A DNA stretch of 64,000 nucleotides from Sulfolobales archaeon (GCA_038867615.1 JAWBYA010000003.1:1-64000); one strand, 5' to 3'; positions 41,812 to 52,493 are shown, numbered from the stretch's first letter. Translations and numbers: made by a program. Notes: generated by a model not told the origin, from the letters alone.

Positions 41812-43653
41812 TTACAACTCCCTTAGGTATGGGAGCGAGGGTCTTTTGCTGACGAGATGGGGCATTGTGAGCTCCACCCTTGGATAGCCTTTTGACAGCT
41901 TTTCGAGAAGCTCTATAAACTCTTCCAGGCTATAAACCCTCTGATCCCCGGTGGCTCTTTCTCTAACACTCAGGGTTTTTGTCCTAACCTCTCTATCCCC
42001 TATGATCACCACGAAATATGCCCACTCTATACCAGCATCCCTAAGCTTCTTCGCCAGGCTTTCATCCCTATCATCTATATCTACTCTAAATCCCCTCTCG
42101 CTCACTGCTTTGAGGATCTCTTCGGCAAAGCCTATGTGCTCCTGTTTCACAGGAACTATTCTAACCTGTATTGGCGACACCCAGAAGGGGAGGTATGGTG
42201 TTCTACCCTCCTCCTCCATCTTTGCTGCTGTATCGAATAACATGTATATATACCGCTCCACACTCCCTATGATTGCTGTGTGAATTATAACTGGTTTTTT
42301 CTGAACGCCTTTTTGATCGGCATAGCTGATCCCAAACCTCTCTGCATTACCTATATCTATCTGGAAGGTAGCGATCTCTCTCGGTCTGCCTGTAACGTCA
42401 ACGATATTGTACTCGATGTTTATTACCCAGTAGTATATGTTATCCGGGTATACAACGATCAGTGCAGGTTTACCATCCCTCCTTATAAGCTCTAGCAAGT
42501 AATCCCTAGAGTTCTCCAGAAAGCCCTTAGTAACATTTATGATAGCCACATAATCCCTGCCTACTTTCCCAACCTCCTCGAAGATCTTATCTCTTATCCT
42601 TAGCGTGAGTCCCATAGCTTCTTCTAGATCCTTGCAGAGTATGTGCATATCAGGCATATGGAATCTCCTGAGCCTGAAGCCTAGGAGAAGCTCTCCCCTC
42701 TGCTCATACCTATAGCTATCAGCAACCTCGAACATACCTAAAGGAAGATCTTTATAACTGAGGATCCAGTCTTTAAGCATTGCAAACTGCTGATGACATG
42801 CAGCATACCTCATAACAAGCCTCGACTCCTCACTATCAACCTCATATAGCCTATCCCCGAATAGATCTGCATGTTCTTTCACAGCCTTGACAGAGAGGTC
42901 AAACATATTGGTTCCCTTTACCCTGAATACGGGTATGCCGAGGCTCCTAACAACAGTCCATGAGTAGTTAGTAACGCTCTCTAGAATAGCCGTTGCATGA
43001 GGGCTATACCTCATATGACCAGGATCCGAGTACCCCTCCCACTCAAACCCAAACTTTCTGAGGTAATCCGAAACACGGGATCTAGCGCCCTCACCCTCCT
43101 TCTTAAAGATCTCTTTCTCAACAAGAGCCCTTAGATCTGGGTACTTATCATACTCCCTGTAATCCTCTGGATTGTAGAGCTTTCCATCGAGATCCATTAT
43201 ATAATAGATCTTCTCAAACGCTCTCTTAACCCTCACGCCAGGCATTATTCTTCTTGAGAGCTCGCTTAGTGGGTGTCCATAGCATTTTAACTCGAACTCC
43301 TTATACCAACCGAATGGTGCTCTCCACACCTTAACGCCATTCTCTCTTAAAACCCTCTCAATCTCTCTCAGCACTGTTATAGCTATCTCTGGGGGAGCCA
43401 GGTCTTGTGACAGGTGTGCGTATGGATATATTATAACCCCGTCTGCCTTAACCCTGCTAAGTATATCCATTATCTCTCCATAAGCTTTAACAGCTATATC
43501 CTGATCCTGATTATCATTCCTCTCAACAGTCGTGAACACCACAAGAACATTGCTCCACACACCATCTCTGGAGGTTATATCCTCAGGCTTTTCGATAGCA
43601 GGTTCCCTCACCCTATAGCTGAATCTCTCGGCGTGAATCGCTAAGATTCTCAA
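41812..43653 (-). CDS. thrS: Threonyl-tRNA synthetase, full-length archaeal type with editing domain
   Basis: YPYAHLS, APFGWYK, GHPLSELSR editing domain; RYAACH, RRFHMPDMH, IIHTA catalytic motifs. Confidence 0.97.
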   Translation of the reverse strand: MRILAIHAERFSYRVREPAIEKPEDITSRDGVWSNVLVVFTTVERNDNQDQDIAVKAYGEIMDILSRVKADGVIIYPYAHLSQDLAPPEIAITVLREIERVLRENGVKVWRAPFGWYKEFELKCYGHPLSELSRRIMPGVRVKRAFEKIYYIMDLDGKLYNPEDYREYDKYPDLRALVEKEIFKKEGEGARSRVSDYLRKFGFEWEGYSDPGHMRYSPHATAILESVTNYSWTVVRSLGIPVFRVKGTNMFDLSVKAVKEHADLFGDRLYEVDSEESRLVMRYAACHQQFAMLKDWILSYKDLPLGMFEVADSYRYEQRGELLLGFRLRRFHMPDMHILCKDLEEAMGLTLRIRDKIFEEVGKVGRDYVAIINVTKGFLENSRDYLLELIRRDGKPALIVVYPDNIYYWVINIEYNIVDVTGRPREIATFQIDIGNAERFGISYADQKGVQKKPVIIHTAIIGSVERYIYMLFDTAAKMEEEGRTPYLPFWVSPIQVRIVPVKQEHIGFAEEILKAVSERGFRVDIDDRDESLAKKLRDAGIEWAYFVVIIGDREVRTKTLSVRERATGDQRVYSLEEFIELLEKLSKGYPRVELTMPHLVSKRPSLPYLREL

Positions 43654-43922
43654 CAAACCACCTAATAGAAGAGAAGCTATACAGTGATATATACTTAACA
43701 AATATTATTGGCGAGAGTCTTGGCACCACATTATATAGGCTGCTAGAACCATTACAACTAGGTATCTAGGACTCCTAGCAAGATCATCAAAACATTACGA
43801 GGCACCAAAGCCCGCCATAGAGACCGCTTCGCAAGTTGTAAGAGAGTATCTAACACAACAGCCCGCGCCCTGCAAATACCTTATCATACCTCATCACACA
43901 TTATCTAAGACCTCGGAATCCC

Positions 43923-44203
43923 TGCCATGATCAGTTGTTTGGTTTTCATGATAGTCTATATGGTTTGGTATTAAGCTCACAGCTCTGTGGGAGCATTACA
44001 TAGGTTATTTTGCAGCAGAGCCGAGATAAGGGGTTTCACCACAGCACTCAGCAGAACAACACAACAAAAAAGAGCTACGGATCAGGGCCACCCCAAACAG
44101 GCAGAGACCAAAGATAAAGACCCCCAACAAAAAGCCCTCAGACCGAGGAAATCAAGGAAAACTGTCGATAAAAAGCAACCGCGAAGAGGCCCTGAACCCC
44201 TGG
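43923..44203 (+). mobile_element. Family A tnpB-derived element, full copy with degenerate right half
   Basis: Inverted homologue of 26196-26483; starts tgccatgatcagttgttt and ends cccctGG. Confidence 0.8.
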
Positions 44204-44339
44204 TGCAAGTCTATCAGCGTAATTATCATGTTTTATAAACCAGAAGATTTCTGATAGCATCCGTGACACGGATGAAAACATAGCCGGTGATCCTCGTAAT
44301 GAAGGACAACCGTAAAATCGGCTATTTGACAAAGATCTG

Positions 44340-45164
44340 CTAGAGCTCGCTGACAAGCTTCTTGAGAATATCCATGCTTTCGAGGATAAATGAGGGTCCT
44401 GTGTGTGCGAGTCTCTCCTCGTTAAACACAACCAGCTTTTTAAAATCAACACCTTTTTTGCCTAGCATCTCTTGAAGAGCCTCATATCCTATGGGCTTCT
44501 CGGATGTTATGTAGCTGCTATTCTCATATATAACAAGATCTATTCTCTCGACCTTCTCAACGATCTTCGATGTTTCTATATAGGAGACAGGTTCGTATCC
44601 AGAGACGCTAACACCACCTACAATATGGATCGCATCGCTAATATGACTAGCAGCCCCAGGAGACCAGAGACCCCCTCTTGGTCCGAAGTCAAGAGCAACA
44701 AGGAGCCTCGGTCTTTCAATAGCGTCCCCACCTAGATACCCTCCCACAGCCTTGTGGAGCCTTGCTACAAGTTTCCTAGCCTCTGTGATATGGTTTGTTG
44801 CATAGCCTAGTAGAGAGATGTTAGATATTATACCGGCAACGTCTGTTGGCATTGGTAGAGGGTATACTGGGAATCCCTCTCTAACAAGCGTGTCTATTAT
44901 CCCCCGCTGGACACCGGTTATTGTGAAAACTATGTTTGGTCTTAACTCCCTTATAAGGTTTATATTTATATGCATATAGCTACCAACCTTCTTCACGTTT
45001 CTAGCCTCTGGGGGTTTGTTTGAGAATGCATCAGCCCCGACAACAAGATCTCCGAGACCCATCATGAAAAGGGCTTCTGTCAAACCAGAGCTCATTGATA
45101 TTATCCTATTAACAGGGGTTTCTATCTCTACATATCTCCCAAGGATATCGTTAAATATTTTCAA
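44340..45164 (-). CDS. BtuF/helical-backbone cobalamin-binding protein without signal peptide
   Basis: RIISMS...TEALF..GLGD.VVG...P..A....VG...N...I..LRP pattern. Confidence 0.8.
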   Translation of the reverse strand: MKIFNDILGRYVEIETPVNRIISMSSGLTEALFMMGLGDLVVGADAFSNKPPEARNVKKVGSYMHININLIRELRPNIVFTITGVQRGIIDTLVREGFPVYPLPMPTDVAGIISNISLLGYATNHITEARKLVARLHKAVGGYLGGDAIERPRLLVALDFGPRGGLWSPGAASHISDAIHIVGGVSVSGYEPVSYIETSKIVEKVERIDLVIYENSSYITSEKPIGYEALQEMLGKKGVDFKKLVVFNEERLAHTGPSFILESMDILKKLVSEL

Positions 45165-46138
45165 AAAGCCCTCCCCAGGACTTTGTTCATAATCTTTATC
45201 GATGCCGTATATGGATCTATCTCCCCCTCGGAGACTAGCCTCAGCATCTCCCCACCCTCTTTCCTAAAGATCTCATCGACCCTGTTTTCTAAAATATGCC
45301 TCAGAACTATAGAAGAGCCATAGATCCTTCTCCTCCTAACAACTTCCCCAAAGAAACCTACCTTCTTTAAGTGATCGAGGTGCTCCTCTATAATCCCAAC
45401 CAGCTCATCAACACCTGTCCCCATAACTGCAGAGACCTTTATAGCTCTGGGTCTCCAGCCACCCTCTCTAACAAATCCTTCATAGTTGAGAACATCTATC
45501 ACCTCTTTCAGAGTAACATCGGCTTCTGGCTTATCCCCTTTATTAACAACATATATATCCCCTATCTCCATCAACCCAGCCTTGAGAGCCTGTATCTCGT
45601 CGCCAGCCCCTGGCATGACTATGTTGAGCACCGTGTGGGATATGTTGATTATATCCACATCTGTTTGTCCAGCGCCAACGCTCTCTACTATTATTTTATC
45701 AAACCCGAGCCCGTCTAGGGCTTCTAGAACCAGTACTGTTGAGGCACTGAGACCACCCCTAACCCCCCTTGTAGCCATGCTCCTTATAAAAACCCCGGGA
45801 TCTTGTGTGTGTATTTGCATCCTGATCCTGTTCCCCATAAAACTACCTAGAGAGAATGGGGAGCTGGGATCTATTCCTATCACTGCAACCCTATACGACT
45901 TTTTCCTAAACATTGCTATCAGCTTTGATATGAGCGTGCTCTTACCAACACCAGGGGATCCTGTGACACCTATCACATGGGCTTTCCCACCCCTCTTCAT
46001 AAGAATCCTCATTATGTTTCCAACAACCTCGGAACCCGATTCTGCTGGGAACTCAACAATAGAGATGAGCCTGGATATGGATCTCAGGTCGCCGGAGATC
46101 GCCTTCTCTATCAATGCTGCAACATCGCTAACCTTCAA
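45161..46138 (-). CDS. meaB: Acyl-CoA mutase-associated GTPase MeaB
   Basis: [38 protein letters not shown]. Confidence 0.95.
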   Translation of the reverse strand: MKVSDVAALIEKAISGDLRSISRLISIVEFPAESGSEVVGNIMRILMKRGGKAHVIGVTGSPGVGKSTLISKLIAMFRKKSYRVAVIGIDPSSPFSLGSFMGNRIRMQIHTQDPGVFIRSMATRGVRGGLSASTVLVLEALDGLGFDKIIVESVGAGQTDVDIINISHTVLNIVMPGAGDEIQALKAGLMEIGDIYVVNKGDKPEADVTLKEVIDVLNYEGFVREGGWRPRAIKVSAVMGTGVDELVGIIEEHLDHLKKVGFFGEVVRRRRIYGSSIVLRHILENRVDEIFRKEGGEMLRLVSEGEIDPYTASIKIMNKVLGRAF

Positions 46139-46592
46139 GCCTCCTCCTCCTCTTCTCAGCCAGTTCCCTCACTTTCTCAATGATCTGTGATATGGGGGAG
46201 TCTGGGAAGAAAACCTCAGAAACCCCCATTGCCTTGAGCTTTTCCGCATCATCCCAGGGTATCACGCCACCGACAACTACTGGTACGTCTTCAGCCCCAT
46301 ATTCCTTCAAGAGCCTGAGCACCTCGGGTATAAGAGCCATATGGGCACCGCTGAGTATGCTTATCCCCACAACATCGACGTCCTCCTGTATAGCTGCTCT
46401 AGCAACCATTTCAGGCGTCTGCTTAATCCCTGTATAGATCACCTCGAACCCGGCATCTTTAAGAGCCCTTGCAACAACCTTAGCTCCTCTGTCATGACCA
46501 TCTAGCCCTAGCTTTGCAACCAAAACCCTATATCTTCTCTTAAACCCTATGGCAGGAGTCTCGCTCAACAGCTCTGCGATCACTATTATCAC
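46128..46592 (-). CDS. Acyl-CoA mutase small (cobalamin-binding) subunit
   Basis: [12 protein letters not shown] (DxHxxG), SILSGAH, GGVIP. Confidence 0.95.
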   Translation of the reverse strand: MIIVIAELLSETPAIGFKRRYRVLVAKLGLDGHDRGAKVVARALKDAGFEVIYTGIKQTPEMVARAAIQEDVDVVGISILSGAHMALIPEVLRLLKEYGAEDVPVVVGGVIPWDDAEKLKAMGVSEVFFPDSPISQIIEKVRELAEKRRRRLEG

Positions 46593-46613
46593 CTGGATTC
46601 CTTATCAATAGAG

Positions 46614-48302
46614 CTAGAATATTATTGGCTCGCTCCACTCTCCATATACATTCCTTAGCACGCCCATGATCTCGCCAAGCGTTGCTAGAGATACTGCTGC
46701 ATTATACACGTATGGAACTATATTCTCGTTCCTCGTAGCAGCTCTCTCAAGTTCTGTTAGGGCTGTGTTCACCTTAGCTTGATCCCTTGAGGCTTTCAGC
46801 CTTCTAAGCCTCTCTATCTGGTGCGCCCTCACAGAAGGCTCGTCTATCTCTAGCAATGGTATTTTAACCTCATTCTCAAGGATCTCTCCCCTGAACGCGT
46901 TGACACCCACTATTATTTTTCTCATCTCCTCGATCTCCCTCTGCCTTCTATAAGCACTCTCCGTGATCTCCCTCTGTGGATACCCCTTCTCTATAGCCTC
47001 AAGCATCCCTCCCATAGACTCGATCCTATCTATTATCCTCCACGCCTCTTCCTCGATCTTGTCGGTCAACCACTCTATATAGTAAGAACCCGCCAGGGGA
47101 TCAACTGTGTCGGCTACACCACTCTCATATGCTATAATCTGCTGGGTTCTTAGAGCAAGCTTCGCCGAGAACTCTGTGGGGAGTGCGAGGGCCTCGTCAA
47201 ACGCGTTGGTATGGAGGCTCTGGGTTCCTCCCAGAACAGCTGCTAAAGCCTGGAGGGTGATTCTTATTATATTGTTATAAGGCTCGAGAGCCCTTAGCTC
47301 AACACCGCTTGTCTGTGCATGAAACCTCAGCCACATGCTCCTAGGTTTTTTAGCGTTAAACCACTCCCTCAAGATCTTAGCCCACATCCTTCTAGCAGCT
47401 CTGAATTTGGCGACATGTTCAAATACGTTTATCCCTGAGACGAAGAAGAACGAGAGCCTGTGGGCAAAGCTGTCAACATCATATCCCCTCCTGATCATCT
47501 CCCTCACATACTCTATACCATCGGCAAGTGTGAAGGCAAGCTCCTGGACAGGTGTCGCACCAGCCTCGTATATATGGTAGCCGGAGATGCTTATCGGATT
47601 CCATTTAGGAAGATTCTTAACGCTCCACTCAATGACATCAACCCCGATCTTCAAGGCGGGTCTTGGTGGAAAGACATATGTTTTCTGACCTATGAATTCT
47701 TTCAGCTGATCATTCTGGGTGGTGCCACCAATCTTATCGTCAGGAACACCCCTGCTCCTAGCAACGGCTACATAGAAGCTCAGCATAACAGGTGCTGGTG
47801 GATTTATAGTCATGTTGGTTGTTACACTACCCATATCGATATCTTTGAAGAGAACATCCATATCCCATATAGATGCGACAGAAACACCCTCAACACCAAC
47901 CTCACCCACGGCTAGGGGGTGATCAGGGTCTAGGCCTAGGAGGGTGACCTCGTCAAATGCTATTGAAAGCCCTGTCTCTCCATGCTCTACTAGGTATTTC
48001 AGCCTCTTATTAGTATCCTCAGGAGTCCCAAAGCCTGAGAACTCCCTCATAGTCCATACTTTGCCTCTATACATGTTATAGTGAATACCCCTTGTGAAGG
48101 GGTACTGCCCTGGAAGCCCGATCTTATCCATATACCGCGTTGCCTCGATATCTAGCGGCGTATATACTGTCTTTACCTCTATACCGGAGTCTGTGGTGAA
48201 TTTATCAAGCCTATCCCTATACCCAGCCTTGATCATCTCCTCCTGCCATTCTCTAAGAGCTCTTGCTAACATCTCTAGGAATTCCTTGGAATAATCCCCC
48301 AT
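46614..48302 (-). CDS. B12-dependent acyl-CoA mutase large subunit (MCM family; isobutyryl-CoA mutase-like residues)
   Basis: PGQYPFTRG, WTMREFSGF, QNDQLKEFIGQKT, ISISGYH, GGTQSLHTN, DPLAGSY. Confidence 0.93.
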   Translation of the reverse strand: MGDYSKEFLEMLARALREWQEEMIKAGYRDRLDKFTTDSGIEVKTVYTPLDIEATRYMDKIGLPGQYPFTRGIHYNMYRGKVWTMREFSGFGTPEDTNKRLKYLVEHGETGLSIAFDEVTLLGLDPDHPLAVGEVGVEGVSVASIWDMDVLFKDIDMGSVTTNMTINPPAPVMLSFYVAVARSRGVPDDKIGGTTQNDQLKEFIGQKTYVFPPRPALKIGVDVIEWSVKNLPKWNPISISGYHIYEAGATPVQELAFTLADGIEYVREMIRRGYDVDSFAHRLSFFFVSGINVFEHVAKFRAARRMWAKILREWFNAKKPRSMWLRFHAQTSGVELRALEPYNNIIRITLQALAAVLGGTQSLHTNAFDEALALPTEFSAKLALRTQQIIAYESGVADTVDPLAGSYYIEWLTDKIEEEAWRIIDRIESMGGMLEAIEKGYPQREITESAYRRQREIEEMRKIIVGVNAFRGEILENEVKIPLLEIDEPSVRAHQIERLRRLKASRDQAKVNTALTELERAATRNENIVPYVYNAAVSLATLGEIMGVLRNVYGEWSEPIIF

Positions 48303-48695
48303 AATCGTTCCCACCACTATTCTATCCAAAACAAAATTATAAACCCACTCCTTATATGGTAAAATTATACATTTAACACACATATATAGCTATAGAACAA
48401 ATTATTAATAATAAACATTATCATTACCGCGATTTAAAGATCTTTTTCAGCATAGCACTATACAGTCTTCCGAGATAAAGCCCATAGATATGAATTCATA
48501 GCAAACAGAGACAGAATCACGTACAAAATCCTGACTTAAATATTCATGAAAACACTCTCTAGCAAGCGTGGATGAAACCATGGCGATCTCACATATAAAT
48601 TAGTATAAGGAAACAGTTGTCCAGACCACCTAAAATTATCCCGAGCAATGAATGTCAATGACGATTTAATTTAATACCCAGCATATAGCATCATA

Positions 48696-49265
48696 TTGGG
48701 TGGATTTGTGAGGGGCATAGGTAGCCTAAGTTTAATAGCGATCCTACTTATACTAATCGGATCCATAATAGCTATCTACATACTGCTTCAGAGTCAACCC
48801 GGGGGTGAGAACCCTTCAAGAATCCCAAACGGCGTCTATGTGTATAAGAGCAATTCATTTGCACCACTGAATATCCAGGGACCCTTCATACCGAGAGAAC
48901 CCGGCTATTACTTTCTATATTTCCATAACAATCGATGTCCCTACTGTCAGGCATTCTATCCAAAATGGGTAAGCTATCTCAAGAGCGAGGGAGGCGTGTT
49001 TAGAAATATAACTGTAGTCGAGGTTGTGTGCGACTGGTTCACGCAGCAGTGTAACAATGATGCTGCTAGGGCTACATTCGAACTATATGGAATATCATCA
49101 TCACCATCCTTCCTATTAATCAAGGTAAACGCAAGCGGGCGGGTAGAGAATATATGGAACGTCGGTGAGGAGTATTTACAACTACAACGAGCAGGAAACA
49201 TACCCGCCCAGGAATTCCTACCCCAATATCTAGATGTTATAGTAAGGTCAAAAATAGCTAGATAG
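48696..49265 (+). CDS. Membrane-anchored thioredoxin-like protein
   Basis: N-terminal TM helix, YFHNNRCPYC, second Cys pair CDWFTQQC. Confidence 0.75.
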   Translation: MGGFVRGIGSLSLIAILLILIGSIIAIYILLQSQPGGENPSRIPNGVYVYKSNSFAPLNIQGPFIPREPGYYFLYFHNNRCPYCQAFYPKWVSYLKSEGGVFRNITVVEVVCDWFTQQCNNDAARATFELYGISSSPSFLLIKVNASGRVENIWNVGEEYLQLQRAGNIPAQEFLPQYLDVIVRSKIAR

Positions 49266-49585
49266 GCGCAACACCACCGCTGATAGTAATTTTTGGTATA
49301 TAGGTTTAAAGAGAACATCAAAGGATCAAAAGAACCATCAAATGCTGGCAATGATGTCAAGAAAACCCACATATCTTTTCTTTATCCGGTTATCATGACC
49401 CAACTATGGAAAATCCATATAAAGAAAAGATATTTCCTCCTTTAATTAGGAAAGCCCGACACATATTCCCAACATAGGCTATACAGGCTAAAGGTTTCAA
49501 TATCTACCCAATCTATGGATCAATAAACCCTGCGCTGTGTATAAAGCAATTTGAACTTTATAGCTAATACTGTGCCGTCTTTCAA

Positions 49586-49640
49586 TGATCAGCCTGGTCT
49601 AGGCACATCACTCCTCAGAGCCGATGATCTTCTTCATACA
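49586..49640 (-). ncRNA. C/D box guide sRNA
   Basis: C ATGAAGA (49637-31), 12-nt guide, D' CTGA (49618-15), C' GTGATGT, 12-nt guide GCCTAGACCAGG, D CTGA (49592-89). Confidence 0.75.
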
Positions 49641-49709
49641 GTGTAGCCCGCCGAGCTGTCCTTCCTCCTAGGAAGCGTCTCCTCGGAAGGTGTGGGATCG
49701 GCGGGCTCC
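49639..49709 (-). ncRNA. H/ACA guide sRNA hairpin
   Basis: 10-bp stem AGCCCGCCGA/TCGGCGGGCT, internal pocket, 6-bp CCTTCC/GGAAGG stem, K-turn-like CC-GAG-GA...GA-GG, ACA immediately 3' of the stem. Confidence 0.75.
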
Positions 49710-49744
49710 TATCATAATATATCTAACAAACCCTAATATTTTGA

Positions 49745-49796
49745 TGATCAGATCATCACCTCATCACAAGTTAGCCGAGCCTGTAGCCTATCATTT
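49745..49796 (-). ncRNA. Possible second C/D box sRNA
   Basis: ATGATAG - 13 nt - CTAA - GTGATGA - 9 nt - CTGA; the C and D' boxes are imperfect. Confidence 0.4.
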
Positions 49797-49957
49797 GCAA
49801 GCCTGGCTTGCGTGTTCTAAATGCCCTTTACAAGCCATTGACGATTGTTGAGAGATTTTTTTGTATTACCCGTAAATTTATAAATCTATTGCCATATGAT
49901 AAATATAATTCAACCACGGCTTAAAAACCCCTACGACAAGAGATCCTGGTGTGTATT

Positions 49958-51148
49958 GTGAGAGTTGTTCTCGCATACTCTGGGGGGCTTGATACAACCA
50001 CATGTATAGTGTGGCTAAAAGAGAAATACCAGGCAGAAGTGATAACGGTTACCGTAGATGTAGGGCAGGAGGAGGATTTCGAAGACGTTGAGAGAAGGGC
50101 ATTTAGGGCGGGAGCTTCGCAACACTATACTATAGATGCCAAAGAGGATTTCGCCAGGGGGTACATTTTCCCTGCTATAAAGATGAACGCTCTCTACGAG
50201 GGTTCTTATCCACTCAGTACAGCACTGGCCAGACCCCTTATAGCTGAGAAAGTGTTAGGAGTAGCTAAAAAGGTTGGTGCCGACGCCATAGCCCATGGGT
50301 CTACGTCAAAGGGAAATGATCAGGTTAGATTCGATCTTACAATACGGGCTCTAGACCCCGATATAAAAATAATAACCCCAGCGAGATCATGGGGGATGAC
50401 CCGAAAAGACGAGATCGAGTATCTAAGAGCACGGGGAATAGAGGTTCCCAACGTTAATAAAAAATATAGCGTTGATGACAACCTCTGGGGAAGAAGCATA
50501 GAGGGTGGAGAGCTTGATGATCCCTCGCACCCCCCGCCCGAGGAGGCGTTCAAATGGACAGTATCTCCTGAAAAGGCTCCTAACAACCCGCTTACTCTTG
50601 AGATAGAGTTTAGCCAGGGAGTTCCGGTAGCGATTAACGGTGAAAAGATGGATCCTGTGAAGCTGATAAATACATTAAATATTATTGGAGGATCCCACGG
50701 TGTTGGGAGAATAGATCATATTGAGAACAGGCTTGTTGGTTTCAAGTCTAGAGAGGTGTACGAAGCCCCTGCTGCCACTATACTTATAAAGGCCCACGAG
50801 GATCTGGAGAAAGCTGTGCTGACACCGAGGGAGCTGAGGATAAAGAGGATGGTCGAACCTATATGGAGTGATCTAGTATATAACGGGCTCTGGTTCGAAC
50901 CGGTGAGAAGAGCTATTGAGGCTCTGGGAGATGAGATGAATAGGTGGGTCACAGGATCGGTGGGGGTGAGGATCTATAAGGGCTCAGTAACCGTGGTATC
51001 GAGGAAAAGCCCGTATATGATATACAGCCAGAACATAGCAAGCTATGATGTGGGATGGTATCCATCTGAGGAGAAGGCTATAGGCTTTATAGAGATATGG
51101 GGAATGCACTCCCTCTCAGCACTTAGGGTGAGGAGAAACGCTCTATAG
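49958..51148 (+). CDS. argG: Argininosuccinate synthase
   Basis: [40 protein letters not shown]. Confidence 0.97.
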   Translation: MRVVLAYSGGLDTTTCIVWLKEKYQAEVITVTVDVGQEEDFEDVERRAFRAGASQHYTIDAKEDFARGYIFPAIKMNALYEGSYPLSTALARPLIAEKVLGVAKKVGADAIAHGSTSKGNDQVRFDLTIRALDPDIKIITPARSWGMTRKDEIEYLRARGIEVPNVNKKYSVDDNLWGRSIEGGELDDPSHPPPEEAFKWTVSPEKAPNNPLTLEIEFSQGVPVAINGEKMDPVKLINTLNIIGGSHGVGRIDHIENRLVGFKSREVYEAPAATILIKAHEDLEKAVLTPRELRIKRMVEPIWSDLVYNGLWFEPVRRAIEALGDEMNRWVTGSVGVRIYKGSVTVVSRKSPYMIYSQNIASYDVGWYPSEEKAIGFIEIWGMHSLSALRVRRNAL

Positions 51149-52493
51149 AGAGCCCCTCCTCGGTAAGGAGAACCTCAACTGGTACACCTCATCACTGAAA
51201 TATGATGAGATGATTCTGGAAGAGGTTATCGAGGTAGAAAGAGCTAGGGTAAAGGCTCTTGTAGATGATAATATAATACCTAAAAGCGATGGGGAGAAGA
51301 TACTTTCATGCCTTGAGGAGCTTAAAAAAGAGCCGAAAAAGCTCCTAGAATATGGCGAGGCTGAGGATGTTTTCGAAGCAATCGAGCTATATCTACAGAG
51401 CAGGATAGGCAGTGCTGCAGGCTGGTTCTCTCTTGGAAGGAGTAGGAATGACCATATAGCTGCTATCCTTAGGCTAAAGACGAAGAAATACATAGCACGG
51501 ATAATGCTCCTCCTCATAAGGCTAAGAAGAGCCCTGATAGAGAAAGCCAGGATCTATGCATCAGCCCTCTTCCCAGCATATACCCATACACGCGAGGCCC
51601 AACCAATAACGTTTGGACACTATCTGCTCAGCATAGACGAAGAGCTCGAGGACCACTTAACCTTGTTAGAAAAAACCCTCGAGATCGTTGATGTGATGCC
51701 ACTAGGAGCCGGGGCTGTTGGAGGAACCACTGTGAATCTTGATAGGGATAAGATAGCAAGGGAGCTGGGTTTTGCCAGACATAGTAGGAACACACTCTAT
51801 ATGGTTTCGAGTAGGGGTTTCCTAATACTCCCGCTTAGCATAGTTACAAGCCTGTTGGCATTCCTAAGCAGGATTACACAGGATCTGATAATTCTATCGA
51901 TGAGTAGATATGGTGTCATAAAGATCCCAAATAAGCATGCGGCTACAAGTAGCATAATGCCCCACAAGGTGAACCCAGTCACGCTTGAGATACTAAGGGC
52001 AAGGGCCGGCGAGTCCTTGGGGCTATTCACATCTATCCTGGATATCTATAGAGCAACACCCAGTGGGTATAACCTGGATTTCCAGGAGATCAATAGGATC
52101 TCCTGGAGGATCTTTGACAACGCTGTAGAAGGTCTAACCATACTCCACGACCTATTCGGCAGCATTGAGATCGATGAGAAGAGATCTGAGGAGATCTCAA
52201 GAGATCCCGAGCTACTAACAGCAGACCTGGCCGAGATCCTATCTATAGAGAAAAGAATACCCCACAGAGAAGCACACAGAATCATTGCTAGCAAGATAAG
52301 GGAGAAAGGATCCAAGGGCTTGCTAGAGGAATACCCACAGCTTAAAGACTCGATGAGCTTCTTAGAGAAAAAGAGGTACAGAGGATCGCCAAACCCTGAA
52401 GAGGTAAAGAAGTTCGCTAACGAGAAAGAAGCAAGGTTGAGAGAGTATGAAGAGAGGCTTTCAGAATTATTGAAACTGGCTGGAACAGGATAG
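51138..52493 (+). CDS. argH: Argininosuccinate lyase (likely ACG start)
   Basis: [31 protein letters not shown]; N-terminus (M)LYR...YTSS lies upstream of the tracked start. Confidence 0.93.
   Translation, partial: TLYREPLLGKENLNWYTSSLKYDEMILEEVIEVERARVKALVDDNIIPKSDGEKILSCLEELKKEPKKLLEYGEAEDVFEAIELYLQSRIGSAAGWFSLGRSRNDHIAAILRLKTKKYIARIMLLLIRLRRALIEKARIYASALFPAYTHTREAQPITFGHYLLSIDEELEDHLTLLEKTLEIVDVMPLGAGAVGGTTVNLDRDKIARELGFARHSRNTLYMVSSRGFLILPLSIVTSLLAFLSRITQDLIILSMSRYGVIKIPNKHAATSSIMPHKVNPVTLEILRARAGESLGLFTSILDIYRATPSGYNLDFQEINRISWRIFDNAVEGLTILHDLFGSIEIDEKRSEEISRDPELLTADLAEILSIEKRIPHREAHRIIASKIREKGSKGLLEEYPQLKDSMSFLEKKRYRGSPNPEEVKKFANEKEARLREYEERLSELLKLAGTG

Noticed and set aside
531-44203. 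Dispersed repeats as a CRISPR array
   Set aside because: No regularly spaced 24-40 bp repeats with spacers, and no cas genes.
44249-44332. Hairpins after a TATA-like motif (ATCCGTG/CACGGAT; TAGCCG/CGGCTA)
   Set aside because: Box motifs are incomplete; cannot be distinguished from terminator-region or chance structure.
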